From NCBI GenBank assembly GCA_030704615.1, contig JAKLZA010000187.1, positions 1 to 20,000 on the forward strand: DNA of 20,000 nt, given 5' to 3'. Under the pieces are notes generated by a model. The model was not told the origin of the DNA and searched no databases. It saw only the letters and a list, made by a program, of their open reading frames with translations. Shown piece after piece: positions 19,266 through 20,000 of this stretch (positions are counted from its first letter, which is position 1; each line of letters begins with the position of its first letter). A program made the position numbers and the translations under genes. This DNA comes from Takakia lepidozioides. Its lineage: Eukaryota; Plantae; Bryophyta.

Positions 19266-20000
19266 ATAGCACACTAGCTGCCGCAGCCTTGGCAACACTA
19301 GGTAGTGGTGCTGCCCGTGTAGCTCTCCCCAATGGCATAGTAACCTCCGCCTCGGTAATAGTCGGGCGAGAACTAGGTGCCATGGGTGGCGTCGACACTG
19401 TCTCCGCCAATGTGAATGACTGAGGAAGCCTAGCCTGACGGCTTGCCTCCCCACGCTGTGGATCCAACTCCACCTCTGCACCTCGTGGCTCAGGAACTCG
19501 TGCTGCTCCTCGAGTCACGGCTGCAGCAGACTCCACCTGCACTAGTGGTAGTGCTGCTCCACACATGAATCCCATGCCTCCCATATCTCCTCCCTCAGGA
19601 GCAGGAGGTGGACCATCCGGCCTTAGAGCCGGTACCACCTGAGCTGTAGCCATGGCAGCGAGCCTCTGCTCTAGCTGCTGAAGCCGGTTGGCCATGCCTT
19701 GGTCAACACCCTGACCTCCACGTCCTTGGCCACGTTGAGCTTGCCCTTGGCCTGCACCTCGTGGTTGGCCACCTCGTCCTCTCTGGGCTGCTCCACCTCG
19801 CCCCCGGCCACCATTGTTCCCTTGGAACTGGCCTGGGCGCAACTCAGGATGCAAACTATAACACTGGGCCTCTCCATGCCCGTGCTTGCCACAATGCCCA
19901 CACTGCAACTGTGCAGGCTGTGCATGTGCCGACCCTTTGCCTCCCTCTGGGCAATCCTTCTTGACATGGGGTCCTCCACATGTCCAGCACACCACATCCG
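19266..20000 (-). pseudogene. gag: LTR-retrotransposon Gag C-terminal (nucleocapsid) fragment
   Basis: Two CCHC-type knuckles, CWTCGGPHVKKDC and CGHCGKHGHGEAQC, followed by an RGG-rich tract. The frame runs off the window edge and ends in the LTR with no pol following. Confidence 0.75.

Overview
Eukaryotic repeat-rich DNA with ~85-110 bp GT-AG introns; a non-seed plant or streptophyte host is my guess, not shown. Most of the window (~825-17840) is one ~17 kb Mutator/MULE-type DNA transposon lying between LTR-retrotransposon fragments. It carries four things. (i) A minus-strand GCM-like zinc finger + MULE DDE + SWIM transposase. (ii) A divergently transcribed ~9-exon gene fusing a ParB/Srx-like domain (VWDGNHR) to a prokaryote-type beta-class N4C/N6A DNA methyltransferase. 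(iii) A head-to-head pair of paralogous ~190-aa orphan genes. (iv) About 45-50 copies of a 22-bp palindrome GGAAATGCGG-YR-CCGCATTTCC, concentrated in a ~53-bp-phased array between the two big genes, a second cluster after the methyltransferase gene, and single copies in its introns. The right ~1.7 kb of the element is tandemly duplicated exactly at the terminus. Frequent single-base frameshifts could be long-read errors or decay. All domain calls come from motif recognition by eye; no database search was run.
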